A DNA stretch of 64,000 nt from a virus, in IMG/VR virus record IMGVR_UViG_3300033233_000027, positions 13,685 through 77,684 of that record. One strand, 5' to 3'. Below are positions 35,505-45,305 of this stretch, in pieces. Within the stretch, counting starts at the first letter, position 1, and each line of letters starts with the position of its first letter. The translations under genes and the position numbers were made by a program. The notes under the pieces are model-generated. The model did no database searches and was not told where the DNA came from. It worked only from the letters and a program-made list of their open reading frames with translations.

Positions 35505-35963
35505 TCATATTCGCCCCGAACCCTGCTTCGTGATTTGTTTTCGAACCCAATGGAGCACCTCTTCGTACCGCTCCTCCGGGGTCGCGCACGAATCTACGCG
35601 CTCATCGTTCGTATAGGCGATCTCTGCCGCCAACGAACCGACAATCTTTAATTCGTGCTCAGCAAAAGACACGGATGTAGAGGCAGTTGCTCCACGACAT
35701 TCAAGTTCATCGATGGCGTCCGAACGAGAAACGCCCTTGGCGATTTTGCGATGCACAGCGAGCGCACCCAATGCGCAGACATCCCCCTCAAAGGCAAGGA
35801 ACGAAGTTGTCAGCCGTTTCACCGGCATTGCCAGCAGAGCGGCTTCCAGCTCTCGAAGGACCGCTTGGCCCTTCTTCCCATTCACGGCATTCTTAGTCGC
35901 CTGCGCGTACAGCTCTCCCTGATTCGGGAAGTCTTCCTCGTCTGAATCGTCGAATCTACTCAT
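35505..35963 (-). CDS. hypothetical phage protein, paralogue of 41027..41479
   Basis: NGKKGQAVLRELEAALLAMPVKRL...VCALGA...PEERY. Confidence 0.7.
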   Translation of the reverse strand: MSRFDDSDEEDFPNQGELYAQATKNAVNGKKGQAVLRELEAALLAMPVKRLTTSFLAFEGDVCALGALAVHRKIAKGVSRSDAIDELECRGATASTSVSFAEHELKIVGSLAAEIAYTNDERVDSCATPEERYEEVLHWVRKQITKQGSGRI

Positions 35964-36074
35964 CGGTCCTCCTCACTGCGCAAAAGGGTAGGTCTCTGGG
36001 TCACAAAACCCGCCGCCCCGTCCGCGTCCTACTCTCAGCATCCGCTAAAAGCGCGGCGGGGCGACGGCGTAAAT

Positions 36075-36614
36075 CTATCGAAGAGCGGGGTCCAGTAAAA
36101 CACGAAACGTAAGCCCCTTCTTCGCTCTGTAGATAGTCGCGATAGACACCCCGTACCGCTTCGCGAGAGCCGCGTCAGACTCCGAACTCCTGCGGATCTT
36201 CTTGACGTCATCCACCTTCAGCTTCGCCGTGAAATACCCGTGCCATCGAATCGAATCGTGCAGATTGTCCCTTTGCCGCTGCACTTGCAGGTGATCCGGG
36301 TTCACGCAGAGCGGCACATCGCAGCGATGCGCCAAGACCATGCTCTTTCCTTTCGGCAACTCTCGGCCAGCGATGATCCAACTGACCTGAGAGGCGTAGA
36401 GCGGTTTGTGACCAGGCCAAGAAGCCTGAGCGCGTTTCGTTACCGGATTCACGAACCCGACCCACATCCAACAGCCGTCAGGACGCTTCTTGACGTACTT
36501 GAAAAAGTTGTAGATCCACCTATCCTTGGTCCCCTGTTTCGGGATGGCACACAGCGAGCATTTGCCGTTCGCCCACTCGTGTTTTTGGCGCCTGACTTCT
36601 CCACACTGAACCAT
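36075..36614 (-). CDS. HNH homing endonuclease with C-terminal HTH
   Basis: CWMW, HRCDVPLCVNPDHL, LAKRYGVSIATI. Confidence 0.85.
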   Translation of the reverse strand: MVQCGEVRRQKHEWANGKCSLCAIPKQGTKDRWIYNFFKYVKKRPDGCWMWVGFVNPVTKRAQASWPGHKPLYASQVSWIIAGRELPKGKSMVLAHRCDVPLCVNPDHLQVQRQRDNLHDSIRWHGYFTAKLKVDDVKKIRRSSESDAALAKRYGVSIATIYRAKKGLTFRVLLDPALR

Positions 36615-37170
36615 GAACAGATCCCTTCATCCACGCTGGACAAATCTAATCAATTACGACCGTCACATCGGACACGTCAGTCGCCCCATCTGGAAGCCCG
36701 AGCTTCTTCGCTTCCCGTGCGGCACGTTCCACTTCGCGCCGGGTGTAATACACCTTGGCGTACTGCTCTTGGGTCCAATCCTGCTGACCATCCCAGTACG
36801 CAGGACTGGGCGCGATCCATCCCCCGTTGATCGCCACCACGACATAGGCATCACGCATTACTGCACCTTTTATTCCAAAAGTGCTGATGCGGCGGGATCT
36901 TTCAATCCCATCCCTCCGAAGAGGGAAGTTATCAGCACCGCATCAGCAGGTTTTGAATCAATCACGCCTTCCTTTGACGCTTTTCATCTATGAGGTAAGT
37001 GGCTCGAAGAACGATCCCGAGCGCGTATCCCCACTTCCTGAAGTGTGGGAACTTCTTCTCCATCTTTGCGATGAACGGTTCCCCGGCATCCCAACCGCCC
37101 CGCTTTATGAGTTGGCCGTACTTCGTCAGCGCGTCTTGCATCTTCTTTTCCATGTCGCCCTCTTCATCTT

Positions 37171-37599
37171 TCACGACTTGTGAAACATCCTGCACCGATC
37201 CGCTTCTGCGATTAGCCTTGGAATCTCCTTCTCCAGCACGGACAAGTAGGTCCACGTCCAAGCAAGCGACTCCCGGCTCTGGAAGTTCTTGGCACGCTTC
37301 TTCCAGTGAGGAGCCCCGCCCGCCTCAATCCACACCAACCCGAACGGGTCGCTAACCTCATCTGGCTGGATCAGCCCATCCGGACAGGCGATTGCCAAGG
37401 AGGAACAGAACCGAGAATAGAGTTGCCACTTCTTGTCCTTCAGAAAATCGCCTCGATCAACCTTGATCTCGAAACCCCTGACCCACCTTTGCGTGATGTC
37501 GATCAGAACGGCATCAACCCGTAACTCGCCATAGGTGAACTCTGGGATGAAGAGGCCACCAAAGCCTCGAATCACGCGCTTGATGTCTTCCGCAGTCAT
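37171..37599 (-). CDS. PD-(D/E)XK nuclease, MmcB-like
   Basis: PE...RVD...GFEIKVDRGDFLKDKKWQLY. Confidence 0.7.
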   Translation of the reverse strand: MTAEDIKRVIRGFGGLFIPEFTYGELRVDAVLIDITQRWVRGFEIKVDRGDFLKDKKWQLYSRFCSSLAIACPDGLIQPDEVSDPFGLVWIEAGGAPHWKKRAKNFQSRESLAWTWTYLSVLEKEIPRLIAEADRCRMFHKS

Positions 37600-38954
37600 C
37601 GTCTTACTCCTGCATGGCCCACGTTTTCACGATTTCCCGCTGCGGATATCCTTCACGATTCCCCGTACGACACCATTGACTACGGTATGCCCATGAATCG
37701 CGTAGGACTCCGCGATCTTCGCGTCCAGCTCGCGCTGCTCGGCCCGCGCCAGTTCGGCGCAGACATCGCAGAAATGGCCTAGGTGGGATATCTCGAGGCT
37801 CTTCGGTGCGTTCATGTTTTCCTCAGAGAGTGCATGTCTCAGGATCGCTACTGACCTTCCAGCAGTCATCCGTCTTCCCACACTTCGGGCACGGCTTCTC
37901 CGTTACCGAGCATCTCCGGTCCATGTCTAGCTGGGCGCGGGATCGAAACTCGTTTCCGCACCAGCAAAAGCAGGTAGATTCGCCGATCTTCTCCCAAGGC
38001 TTCATACCCACCCATCACCTTCCGTTCAGTCTGCGACCCCAAGGGCCTTCTTCGCAATTCCATCGATCCGTGCGACATCCACCTTCTTTATTAGCCAGTA
38101 TTTGCTGGAGAGCCGGATCTTCTTCAATGCAGAACGAAGCATCCGCACTTCGTTGACGAGACCTGGAACAAAATCAGCGATCCTGTCGGGTGGCATATAT
38201 CGGTTGAATGCCGCCAGCATGGATTCAAGAGTCTTCTCGTCAATCATCTCTACACGACCTGCGTATTCACGTACTTTTCGAGGGTTGCCGAAGCCTTACG
38301 CTTTACCATCTCTATCTGAGCTGCGAACCCTATACTGTGGCCTGGATCAGCAACGACGACATCGGAAGCCTCGACGAGAGTGGCTAATGTTGCATTGAGG
38401 CCAGCCCAGAGGTTCCTCTTCGCCTCTTCCAATTCGAGATACGAACCAGAACTCCCGACCATAGGCTTGATCGGCCCACGAAGCCTACGGACCTCTTCGA
38501 TCAACTCCAGAATTAGAACTCGATTCCCAACATGACCGTATTGCGCCTTGACCTTCTTCTCAATCTCAACCAATCGTTTGTCGTCGATCATCTCTTCACC
38601 TTCTGCTCAATTAGCGCATCACAACGGACAGAAATAGCCCAGCCAAACAGTCCTTACAGAGCGTACAGCCACGAAGCCATCCACTAATCACCTTTGAACC
38701 GCAACGGCATCGGCGTATCTTCTTGAGCTTTTTCATCAGTCACCTTCTATTCATTACACGTCTTCTTGCACTTCGTACGATCGCGGCTCTATCTGCACTC
38801 GGATATCTTCAAACGCATCGACCCAAGGGCCACCCCTGGTGACTTGGTACTCTTTTACGAACGAGTCGCCTTCATTCTTCACGACTACTAGAGTACGATC
38901 TGGAAGAACAAGTAACCTACGAGCAAGTTCGTGTGATGTCATCGAAGCATCCAA

Positions 38955-39572
38955 TTACGACTCTAACTTCCGCAACTCTGCCAGCGCGTTGTATACAGCA
39001 TCCACCGCCCCGTCTCCTGCCCACCACCGAATACCAGCAGCGCAGACCGCTCGCCGTGCCTCCGCGAGCTTGGTTGCGCGGGGAATATCTATGGCTATGG
39101 CTCGTTTCAGGCCATCATGCTCAGCGTCTGGACAGCTTCGCCAATCGCAAACGGTTACTGGAGCCTTGCTGATTTCTCTCCGCAGTTCGGAGATTATCTC
39201 GCCTAGGGCTTCTCGCTCATCGATGCAACGCATAAGGCTGTCGCAGTTAGTATCACGCATTTGTCCAGCTTCTTCAGCTCGCCGCTTCCATTCGTCTCGT
39301 TCCTTCCTCGCCTCATCCACGGCATCCCCAGCCTTCTTCGCCTGCTCCTGCATCTCCTGTGCGTGGGCCTTCCACTCGTCTCGTTCCCTCGCCACGCGAT
39401 CATAGTCCTGCACGGCCTTTGCCCACTGCTCCGAGGAGAGTTTGGCGAAGGACTGACCTTGAGTGCTAAGGATCTTCATATCAGCGCGTGGTTCTTCCTT
39501 CATCGTTCTTTCCTTCTCCGCTTGCGGCACAGTGGACATCTTGGCTTTAGCCTTACGTATACCCCGATCCAT
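38955..39572 (-). CDS. coiled-coil hypothetical protein
   Basis: Repeated ARxERDEWK. Confidence 0.55.
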   Translation of the reverse strand: MDRGIRKAKAKMSTVPQAEKERTMKEEPRADMKILSTQGQSFAKLSSEQWAKAVQDYDRVARERDEWKAHAQEMQEQAKKAGDAVDEARKERDEWKRRAEEAGQMRDTNCDSLMRCIDEREALGEIISELRREISKAPVTVCDWRSCPDAEHDGLKRAIAIDIPRATKLAEARRAVCAAGIRWWAGDGAVDAVYNALAELRKLES

Positions 39573-39608
39573 TCGTGTTTCACGCAGGAGGTTCTCATCG
39601 AATCCTCT

Positions 39609-39848
39609 CTACGGGTGTCTCGCGTGAACCATCGCATTCGCCATCTCAAAGGCATCATGCGCCAGCTTTTCATATCGCACATCTTTGGCTGCTGGATTTG
39701 CCAAAATCCCAACCAACGACAGCCCTGCGTAAAAGTCACGAATCGTCAGCCCCTTGTCGGAGAGCATTTCACGCCACCCAGCCTCAGCTTTGTCTCTGAT
39801 GGCATCCAGATCCGCCCCTACGGCCCGGCGCGATTCTTCAACATCCAT
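39609..39848 (-). CDS. conserved small phage protein
   Basis: GLTIRDFYAG...AFEMANAM motif. Confidence 0.65.
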   Translation of the reverse strand: MDVEESRRAVGADLDAIRDKAEAGWREMLSDKGLTIRDFYAGLSLVGILANPAAKDVRYEKLAHDAFEMANAMVHARHP

Positions 39849-39873
39849 CTCTTCACCCTTTGGCTAAAATGCG

Positions 39874-40158
39874 TTATCGCTTAATGGAAGTCAGCGTAGG
39901 ATGCTTCTTCAGGAACTTTTTTGCCCAAGGCGGGGTGCCTTCATAGTACAGAAGATCTGGGCAGATGTCGGCACCGTTCGGCCAAGCCAAACACCCCCCT
40001 TCCCCAACACGCACTTTTGAGAATCTCCTGTGATCCTTGAGCGGTTCGAAGATTATTCCACTTAGATACGGTTCGAGGTTCATCTCTTTCGTGCTGCCAT
40101 CCCTGAACGTGATCGCTACATCGAATCCAGACTTGACAACAACTTTAGTAATTCTCAT
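39874..40158 (-). CDS. DUF2442-like putative antitoxin
   Basis: ITFRDG...IFEPLKD...F...WPNGADICPDLLY. Confidence 0.8.
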   Translation of the reverse strand: MRITKVVVKSGFDVAITFRDGSTKEMNLEPYLSGIIFEPLKDHRRFSKVRVGEGGCLAWPNGADICPDLLYYEGTPPWAKKFLKKHPTLTSIKR

Positions 40159-40168
40159 CTTGTTACTC

Positions 40169-40432
40169 CTACTTTCTCAGCGGATCTATTCCACCTGGAT
40201 TCTGTCCGCTCATCACTAGATTCCACGCTCGAATGAGTTCAGCGCGATGAAGTTCTGCCCAAGCAAGGACAAGCCGCTCGTCCCTTATTTTCAATTCACC
40301 AGCCAGAAGCTCTAGCGTTTCGAGCGAGTATTTTGCCTCATACTCTCCGTGCTCTGCATGAAAATGAGGAGGAAGATGGTCGTTCCAGTTCATCCTGATA
40401 ATGATTCCGAAGAAGCGGCTTAGGGTCGGCAT
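40169..40432 (-). CDS. DUF4160-like putative toxin
   Basis: MPTLSRFFGIIIRM...DHLPPHFHAEHG...WAELH. Confidence 0.85.
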   Translation of the reverse strand: MPTLSRFFGIIIRMNWNDHLPPHFHAEHGEYEAKYSLETLELLAGELKIRDERLVLAWAELHRAELIRAWNLVMSGQNPGGIDPLRK

Positions 40433-40444
40433 AGGGCCTCGCAC

Positions 40445-40564
40445 AAAAAAGGAGCCCCCTGGCTTACCCACGGTTTTGACATGGCAGGGGGCCCCGCCGA
40501 AGATTTCGTAGAACGTACCGGGAGTAAGCATCCGAAGACTACCCTAGAACTGAGCTAAGGTCAA
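40445..40564 (-). promoter_or_regulatory. promoter plus attenuator-like leader of the TA pair
   Basis: TTGACC(40564-40559)-17-TAGTCT(40541-40536); hairpin GGGGCCCCT...AGGGGGCTCC then TTTTTT; 5' end complementary to the hairpin. Confidence 0.6.
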
Positions 40565-41026
40565 GTACGATCACCACTCTTGTCTATATTTCGCCCGCTG
40601 TTTTGCCGCCCTTCTATACGCCTGGTCATCCGTGTGTGGCATATTCTCTGCTGGCGCAGGGCCTCTGAGGATCAGGGTGGCTAGGCAACTGCGGCAAAGT
40701 GGTCGCAATGCTGCGGCGCACGAACTGTCCTTGCCGTACTCGCATCCCATCTCAGAGATCTTCTCAAGTGCCAGCTTGTAGTTTGGGTTTCCCATTCAGT
40801 CCTTTTTCGCCGGCATTGGCCTGAGTTTCATTCGGATTGCAACGCAGGAACAGCATCGCTCCGTCACAGCTTCCGTAGGCCTCTTGTCAGTATCGAGTTC
40901 ATCCCGCCCGATCTCCACCCAGCTTGAGTGCGGACATTGTGTCGCCTTGGATACATCCGAATCGCTTCCAAGATATACTGGGGTAGTTATCTCCCACTCC
41001 CCTTCCTGATAGCTTCTCATCGCATT

Positions 41027-41479
41027 TCAATCCTTCTGTGAAGCCCCTTTGAGCGCGTTCTCTACCCAACCAAGCATTGCCATGTACCGCTCTTCTGGAT
41101 TTCGGTATCCGAATCTGTATTCTCCATCGTTCAGGTACATGATTTCCCAGACGATGTTGAAGGAGGCCCCGAGTCTGTCGGCAACGTAGCCATCCTCCTG
41201 TTCATTGAATTCGCGGGCCACTTCGTCTAAGGCTTCATCTAGCGTCTTACCTTCTTTGAGTCTTCGCTGGAGGGCTAGGGCACCCAGAGCGCATACCTCT
41301 CCCTCTTCAGAGAAGGATCCTCCGATCAGGCGCTTCTGAGGGAGGGCAAGAAGCGCATCGCGAAGTTCACATAGGAATGATTGTCCACGCTTACCGTTGA
41401 TCGCTCGTTCGGTGTTCGCCCGATAGAGCTCAAGCTGGTTTGGGAACTGATCCATGCATCCAGGCTCACCTCGGCTCAT
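41027..41479 (-). CDS. hypothetical phage protein, paralogue of 35505..35963
   Basis: FPNQLELY...NGKRGQSFL.EL.DALLALPQKRL. Confidence 0.7.
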   Translation of the reverse strand: MSRGEPGCMDQFPNQLELYRANTERAINGKRGQSFLCELRDALLALPQKRLIGGSFSEEGEVCALGALALQRRLKEGKTLDEALDEVAREFNEQEDGYVADRLGASFNIVWEIMYLNDGEYRFGYRNPEERYMAMLGWVENALKGASQKD

Positions 41480-41568
41480 TTCTAATCCTTTCGCTGTTTT
41501 CTGATGCGCTAGTTTTGTCGTTTACCCATGGGTACGGAGCAAATCTAAGGGCTTGTTTTCAGGCCTTT

Positions 41569-41970
41569 TCAGCAATCAACGCCATCGGCGTACTTTTCAA
41601 CAGCTTTTGCAAGAGTCAGGTTTCCTTTGCCGTACCAGTAGACGAGTTCGTCTGGCCTCCACCGTTGGAGTGCATCTTTCTTGTGTACTGGCCGAATCTC
41701 GACATGAGTTTCCAGTTCGTTAGGCTCTGCACGCCTAGCCAGCCTACTGGCCTCAGCCTCGCTATCGGCCGCAACGTACATAGTCCGAACCACGCGCACC
41801 CAATACAGTTTCATTTCATCGGCTCCACGGTATTCCTCTCCAAGAGTGTTGAGGATCTCGATTGCTTTCAAGACGCATCGTGGACTGATTGGCTTACCAT
41901 CGTACGAGTCCCAGCCATACTGATACGACGCGAAGCTCTTCAGCTTTTCAATTGCCTCTGCGCGTTCCAT
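41569..41970 (-). CDS. hypothetical protein
   Basis: GWDSYDGKPIS motif. Confidence 0.55.
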   Translation of the reverse strand: MERAEAIEKLKSFASYQYGWDSYDGKPISPRCVLKAIEILNTLGEEYRGADEMKLYWVRVVRTMYVAADSEAEASRLARRAEPNELETHVEIRPVHKKDALQRWRPDELVYWYGKGNLTLAKAVEKYADGVDC

Positions 41971-42918
41971 CCATTCACCCTTAGCTACAGTCTCACGAAT
42001 ACTTCACTTTTGCTTGAGCTCGGATCAGGGCATCCATCTCCACGACAACATCCACGCAGCGGTGTAGATGCCTGAGTAGATCATTCCTACATGAGAGAAA
42101 CGGGCCTTTCTCTTTGTACTCCGATAGGATTCCCTCAAGTGGTTTCCCACCGAAAACGCTTCCACCGTAGAGATGCGCATGCACATTAGCGATGGATTCT
42201 CGTACCATCTTCGCTATTTTCGCCCTATCGCTTATTTTCCTCTTCATGTCACTTCCCTAAACGCGAATTGTGTCAAACCCTTGCTCCCTAGCGAATTTTG
42301 CGCAATCGGCACAGGTGTAATCCATGTAGTGCCAGATCGTTTTGTGCTCTCCGACTCCAGGGCCCGCAGTCGTGCATGGGGTCTCGCAACGATATCGAAC
42401 GCGATGCGTAGCTCGAATCCGTTTGTATTTTGGTTCAGAAGAACATTGATCGCAGGTACGCATGTTTCCTCCCATTCACGACTACAGGTTGTCTTGCACT
42501 ACTGCGCCAAAGTCGGCCATGTGGACAAAAGACTTCTCAACGGCTTCCCGATTCGGGAACGTACTCGGGAAGCAATCGAAGATATGTGAGGCCCACCGCT
42601 GAACAAACTCGGTACGTCCGATTTTTACGATGCGGCGCGGTGTCACTAGGTTGATGCGTCCGCACCACGGGCATTTCGGATGCTGTTTCCGGCCCCTGTG
42701 TCCGCGCTTCTCAAAATGCGCTACGCCGCTCATCGCTTTCCCCCGATCTGCCTGAACGTGTACCCGTAAAGCACGGCATCTCTGAGTGCGCGTTTGATCT
42801 GATTCTGCGGAATCGCTCTTCCGAATTTCTGCGGGTCGGCTCGCTTTATCAGGTCGGCCAGCGCCGCCTTCGCGAAGGCTTCAGCGTGAATCGTGACTTT
42901 GTTCACAGTCTCTCCCAG

Positions 42919-43386
42919 TTACGTAGTCACTTTCGGCATTCTCATGCACGGTTTGCAACGCGAATAGCTCGTCGAAGGAGCGGTATATCGATTCTCCAGT
43001 GTCTGCCTGTGCCCGCGCTTGCAATACGGCCTCTTCAGCGAGCGACCGATGTTCTCTTTGTGAGTCACCACCTCCAAGTGCGCCGGGTTCACGCAAGAAT
43101 GCACGCGGCATAGATGGTCAATCTCTTTATCATGCGGGATGTTCTTTCCAGTCGAGAGAGCCCATGAGATTCGATGCGCTCTCCGCTCTCCATTCGTACC
43201 GAATTGACCGTAGCCATTTCTGTAAATCGTCCCGGCCCACAACCAACAAGTGTCGGTCTTGTTGACCTTGCGCCAGAAATTGTATAGGTATCTCGCCTTT
43301 GTTCCGAGCTTAGGAATCTGGCAGACAACGCAACGGCCATGCCTCCACTGGTGATATCTATTTACCTGATGCTTTTGCGCAGCCAC
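42919..43386 (-). CDS. HNH homing endonuclease
   Basis: CWLW...GYG...AHRISW...IDHLCRVHSCVNPAHL...CKRGH. Confidence 0.9.
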   Translation of the reverse strand: MAAQKHQVNRYHQWRHGRCVVCQIPKLGTKARYLYNFWRKVNKTDTCWLWAGTIYRNGYGQFGTNGERRAHRISWALSTGKNIPHDKEIDHLCRVHSCVNPAHLEVVTHKENIGRSLKRPYCKRGHRQTLENRYTAPSTSYSRCKPCMRMPKVTT

Positions 43387-43405
43387 CTATCCTCCATTCA
43401 CGTAG

Positions 43406-43476
43406 TAGGCCGTAGAGGAGTCGAACCTCTATCAAGCCCTTATAAAGAGCCCGCTCTACCGTTGAGCTAACAGCCT
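43406..43476 (-). tRNA. tRNA-Ile (UAU)
   Basis: AGGCTGT/ACGGCCT acceptor, GCTC/GAGC D-stem, GGCTC-TTTATAA-GGGCT anticodon arm, TTCGACT T-loop. Confidence 0.85.
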
Positions 43477-43661
43477 GCTCGCTTCCAGTCCATCCCGACA
43501 CTGAATCTGGCTGGAGATCCACCGCGCCTTGCTATGGAGTTCTCCTTTTTTGCTGCCCGCTCTGCGGCAGTAAGGCACTCGTGGCGGGTGAATACCTTCC
43601 CCACCCTACCGGGCTGTTGAATCACCCAGACAATCCACACTTTCTTCATAGTCTGCTCCTT

Positions 43662-43958
43662 CTATGACCTTCGGCCTTTGCGGTGCTCAGTGCGATCAAA
43701 TCCTTCTGCGATCTCAGCCGCTACGATTAACGCCTTCGATAATGTCCGCATATAAACGGGCGACTGGCCTCCTGTCGCGCAACAGTTTATTTCTGCCACT
43801 AATGGCCTGTCGATTAGGTCGACGTAAGTACGGCGCTGGACTCGTACTGTCGGAAGGGCTCCGTCGCTTGGAAGAAACACCTCAACGTATCCACTGCCAT
43901 CTTTTTCCAGACGCCATTCTGTCTTGAACCCACAGATATTTTTTCGCACTAGGGACAT
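43662..43958 (-). CDS. hypothetical protein
   Basis: GAAGGTGAAG RBS. Confidence 0.5.
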   Translation of the reverse strand: MSLVRKNICGFKTEWRLEKDGSGYVEVFLPSDGALPTVRVQRRTYVDLIDRPLVAEINCCATGGQSPVYMRTLSKALIVAAEIAEGFDRTEHRKGRRS

Positions 43959-43970
43959 CTCTTCACCTTC

Positions 43971-44282
43971 CTAGTCTTTGATGTATGGGTTGTAGACGCA
44001 CTGACACTTCGGCCATTCCTCTGTGGTCCAAACCTTCGCGTTGTAGCTAACGCGAGCGATGACCTTGCCTTCTCCGTCACGTACAACGCCATCAGATAGC
44101 TGCGAACCGCCTAATCCAGAACGGTCACGGATCACCTCGTACTTCTTGGATGCGTCGACCATGTTCTCGACTGGGAATCGACGCCCATTCACTTCCATCA
44201 GGTACTGGGATGCGCCACTCACCTTCATTGCAGCAGCCATGTCGCTTCCCTCCGTTCCGTTCCTTCCGTTCATTCTCTTCAC
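43971..44282 (-). CDS. hypothetical phage protein
   Basis: IARVSYNAKVW motif; directly downstream of a consensus promoter. Confidence 0.6.
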   Translation of the reverse strand: MKRMNGRNGTEGSDMAAAMKVSGASQYLMEVNGRRFPVENMVDASKKYEVIRDRSGLGGSQLSDGVVRDGEGKVIARVSYNAKVWTTEEWPKCQCVYNPYIKD

Positions 44283-44288
44283 ACTAAT

Positions 44289-44336
44289 AGTATACGATTA
44301 ACAGGCCGCAGTGTCAACCGAAATCGTATACGATTT
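44289..44336 (-). promoter_or_regulatory. near-consensus sigma70 promoter with adjacent palindromic operator
   Basis: TTGACA(44317-44312)-17-TATACT(44294-44289); perfect palindrome AAATCGTATACGATTT at 44321-44336. Confidence 0.8.
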
Positions 44337-44351
44337 GTCAGATTGTTTCCG

Positions 44352-44528
44352 CTACTGGCCAGAATGTCCAGCGCGTCCCATCAGACTAACGATCTGTCTG
44401 CACCCAGTAGAGCAATAGACGCGTGGGCGCCGCTCGTGCCAATGCCGCTGGAATGTGGCACCGCATCCTGGGCGAGCGCACTGTCCCACGCGAGCGTTGT
44501 CGTCTTTCTCCGAATCTCGCTTCTTCAT
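44352..44528 (-). CDS. 58-aa Zn-finger protein (not in ORF track)
   Basis: CARPGCG...YCSTGCR; TATACT 8 nt upstream of the ATG. Confidence 0.5.
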   Translation of the reverse strand: MKKRDSEKDDNARVGQCARPGCGATFQRHWHERRPRVYCSTGCRQIVSLMGRAGHSGQ

Positions 44529-44826
44529 CTCTTAATAGTATACGTTTCTATCGGTCACTTGCACCAAAAAAATCGATGAGCATCATCGCTTCCTGTGGAT
44601 CCGCTCAAATCGCTCAAGATCACGCCCCGAGGCCGTGCGGGCCGTGGATCGGCATGGGCCTATTTCACAGTAGGCGCAGCGTTTTGGAGCCCCATAGGAG
44701 CAGCAATCGCATCTCTTGTAGCCGCAGGGGCCCCGGCCGCAGAGGTGCTTCAGTCGACCGTGACCGCACTTCCTACAAGAATCCGTAGTCTTGGCCACTG
44801 ACTTCACCTTTCAACCATTCTGCGAA

Positions 44827-45138
44827 TCATCCCTTCGGTGCCTTGCCTTTTTTGTTCTTACGCACGAAACGGATTCCCCAGGCCGTCAACTGGTACTTTT
44901 TCGCTGGCCGACCTCCAGTGCTCTTTAGTTCGCCGGCCAGCTTGAGATATCCCCATCTCCGAAACGTAGAGATCCACCCAGCCGCAATAGCAGTCGCGCC
45001 GCTCTTTTCCGTCCGTTCAATCCCAAGAGTATCCGTGAGATCCCTAGCAGTGAACGGAACAGGCTCGTTCTGTACGCCATTGGCACCGACTCTGAGCCAA
45101 TTGGTCCGAATCAGGCCTAGGATCTCGTACCAGTCCAT
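44827..45138 (-). CDS. winged-helix DNA-binding protein
   Basis: FTARDL...WISTFRRWGYL...GGRPAKKYQLT. Confidence 0.7.
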   Translation of the reverse strand: MDWYEILGLIRTNWLRVGANGVQNEPVPFTARDLTDTLGIERTEKSGATAIAAGWISTFRRWGYLKLAGELKSTGGRPAKKYQLTAWGIRFVRKNKKGKAPKG

Positions 45139-45146
45139 ATAACCCC

Positions 45147-45175
45147 ATTATAGCCGCAAAACAGCCTACTATCAA
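45147..45175 (-). promoter_or_regulatory. sigma70 promoter (near-leaderless transcript)
   Basis: TTGATA-17-TATAAT, ending 8 nt before the ATG. Confidence 0.7.
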
Positions 45176-45305
45176 GTATTATACTTAAAAGTATACTCCT
45201 GCACAGAATTGGAATTCTGTGCCGAGATCCTCCCCATGGGCGTCCTTTGGGCTCCGGGGGTGGGGTTTGGGGCCAATGGGGCCTTCCTAGGTAGCCAGAC
45301 CATGG

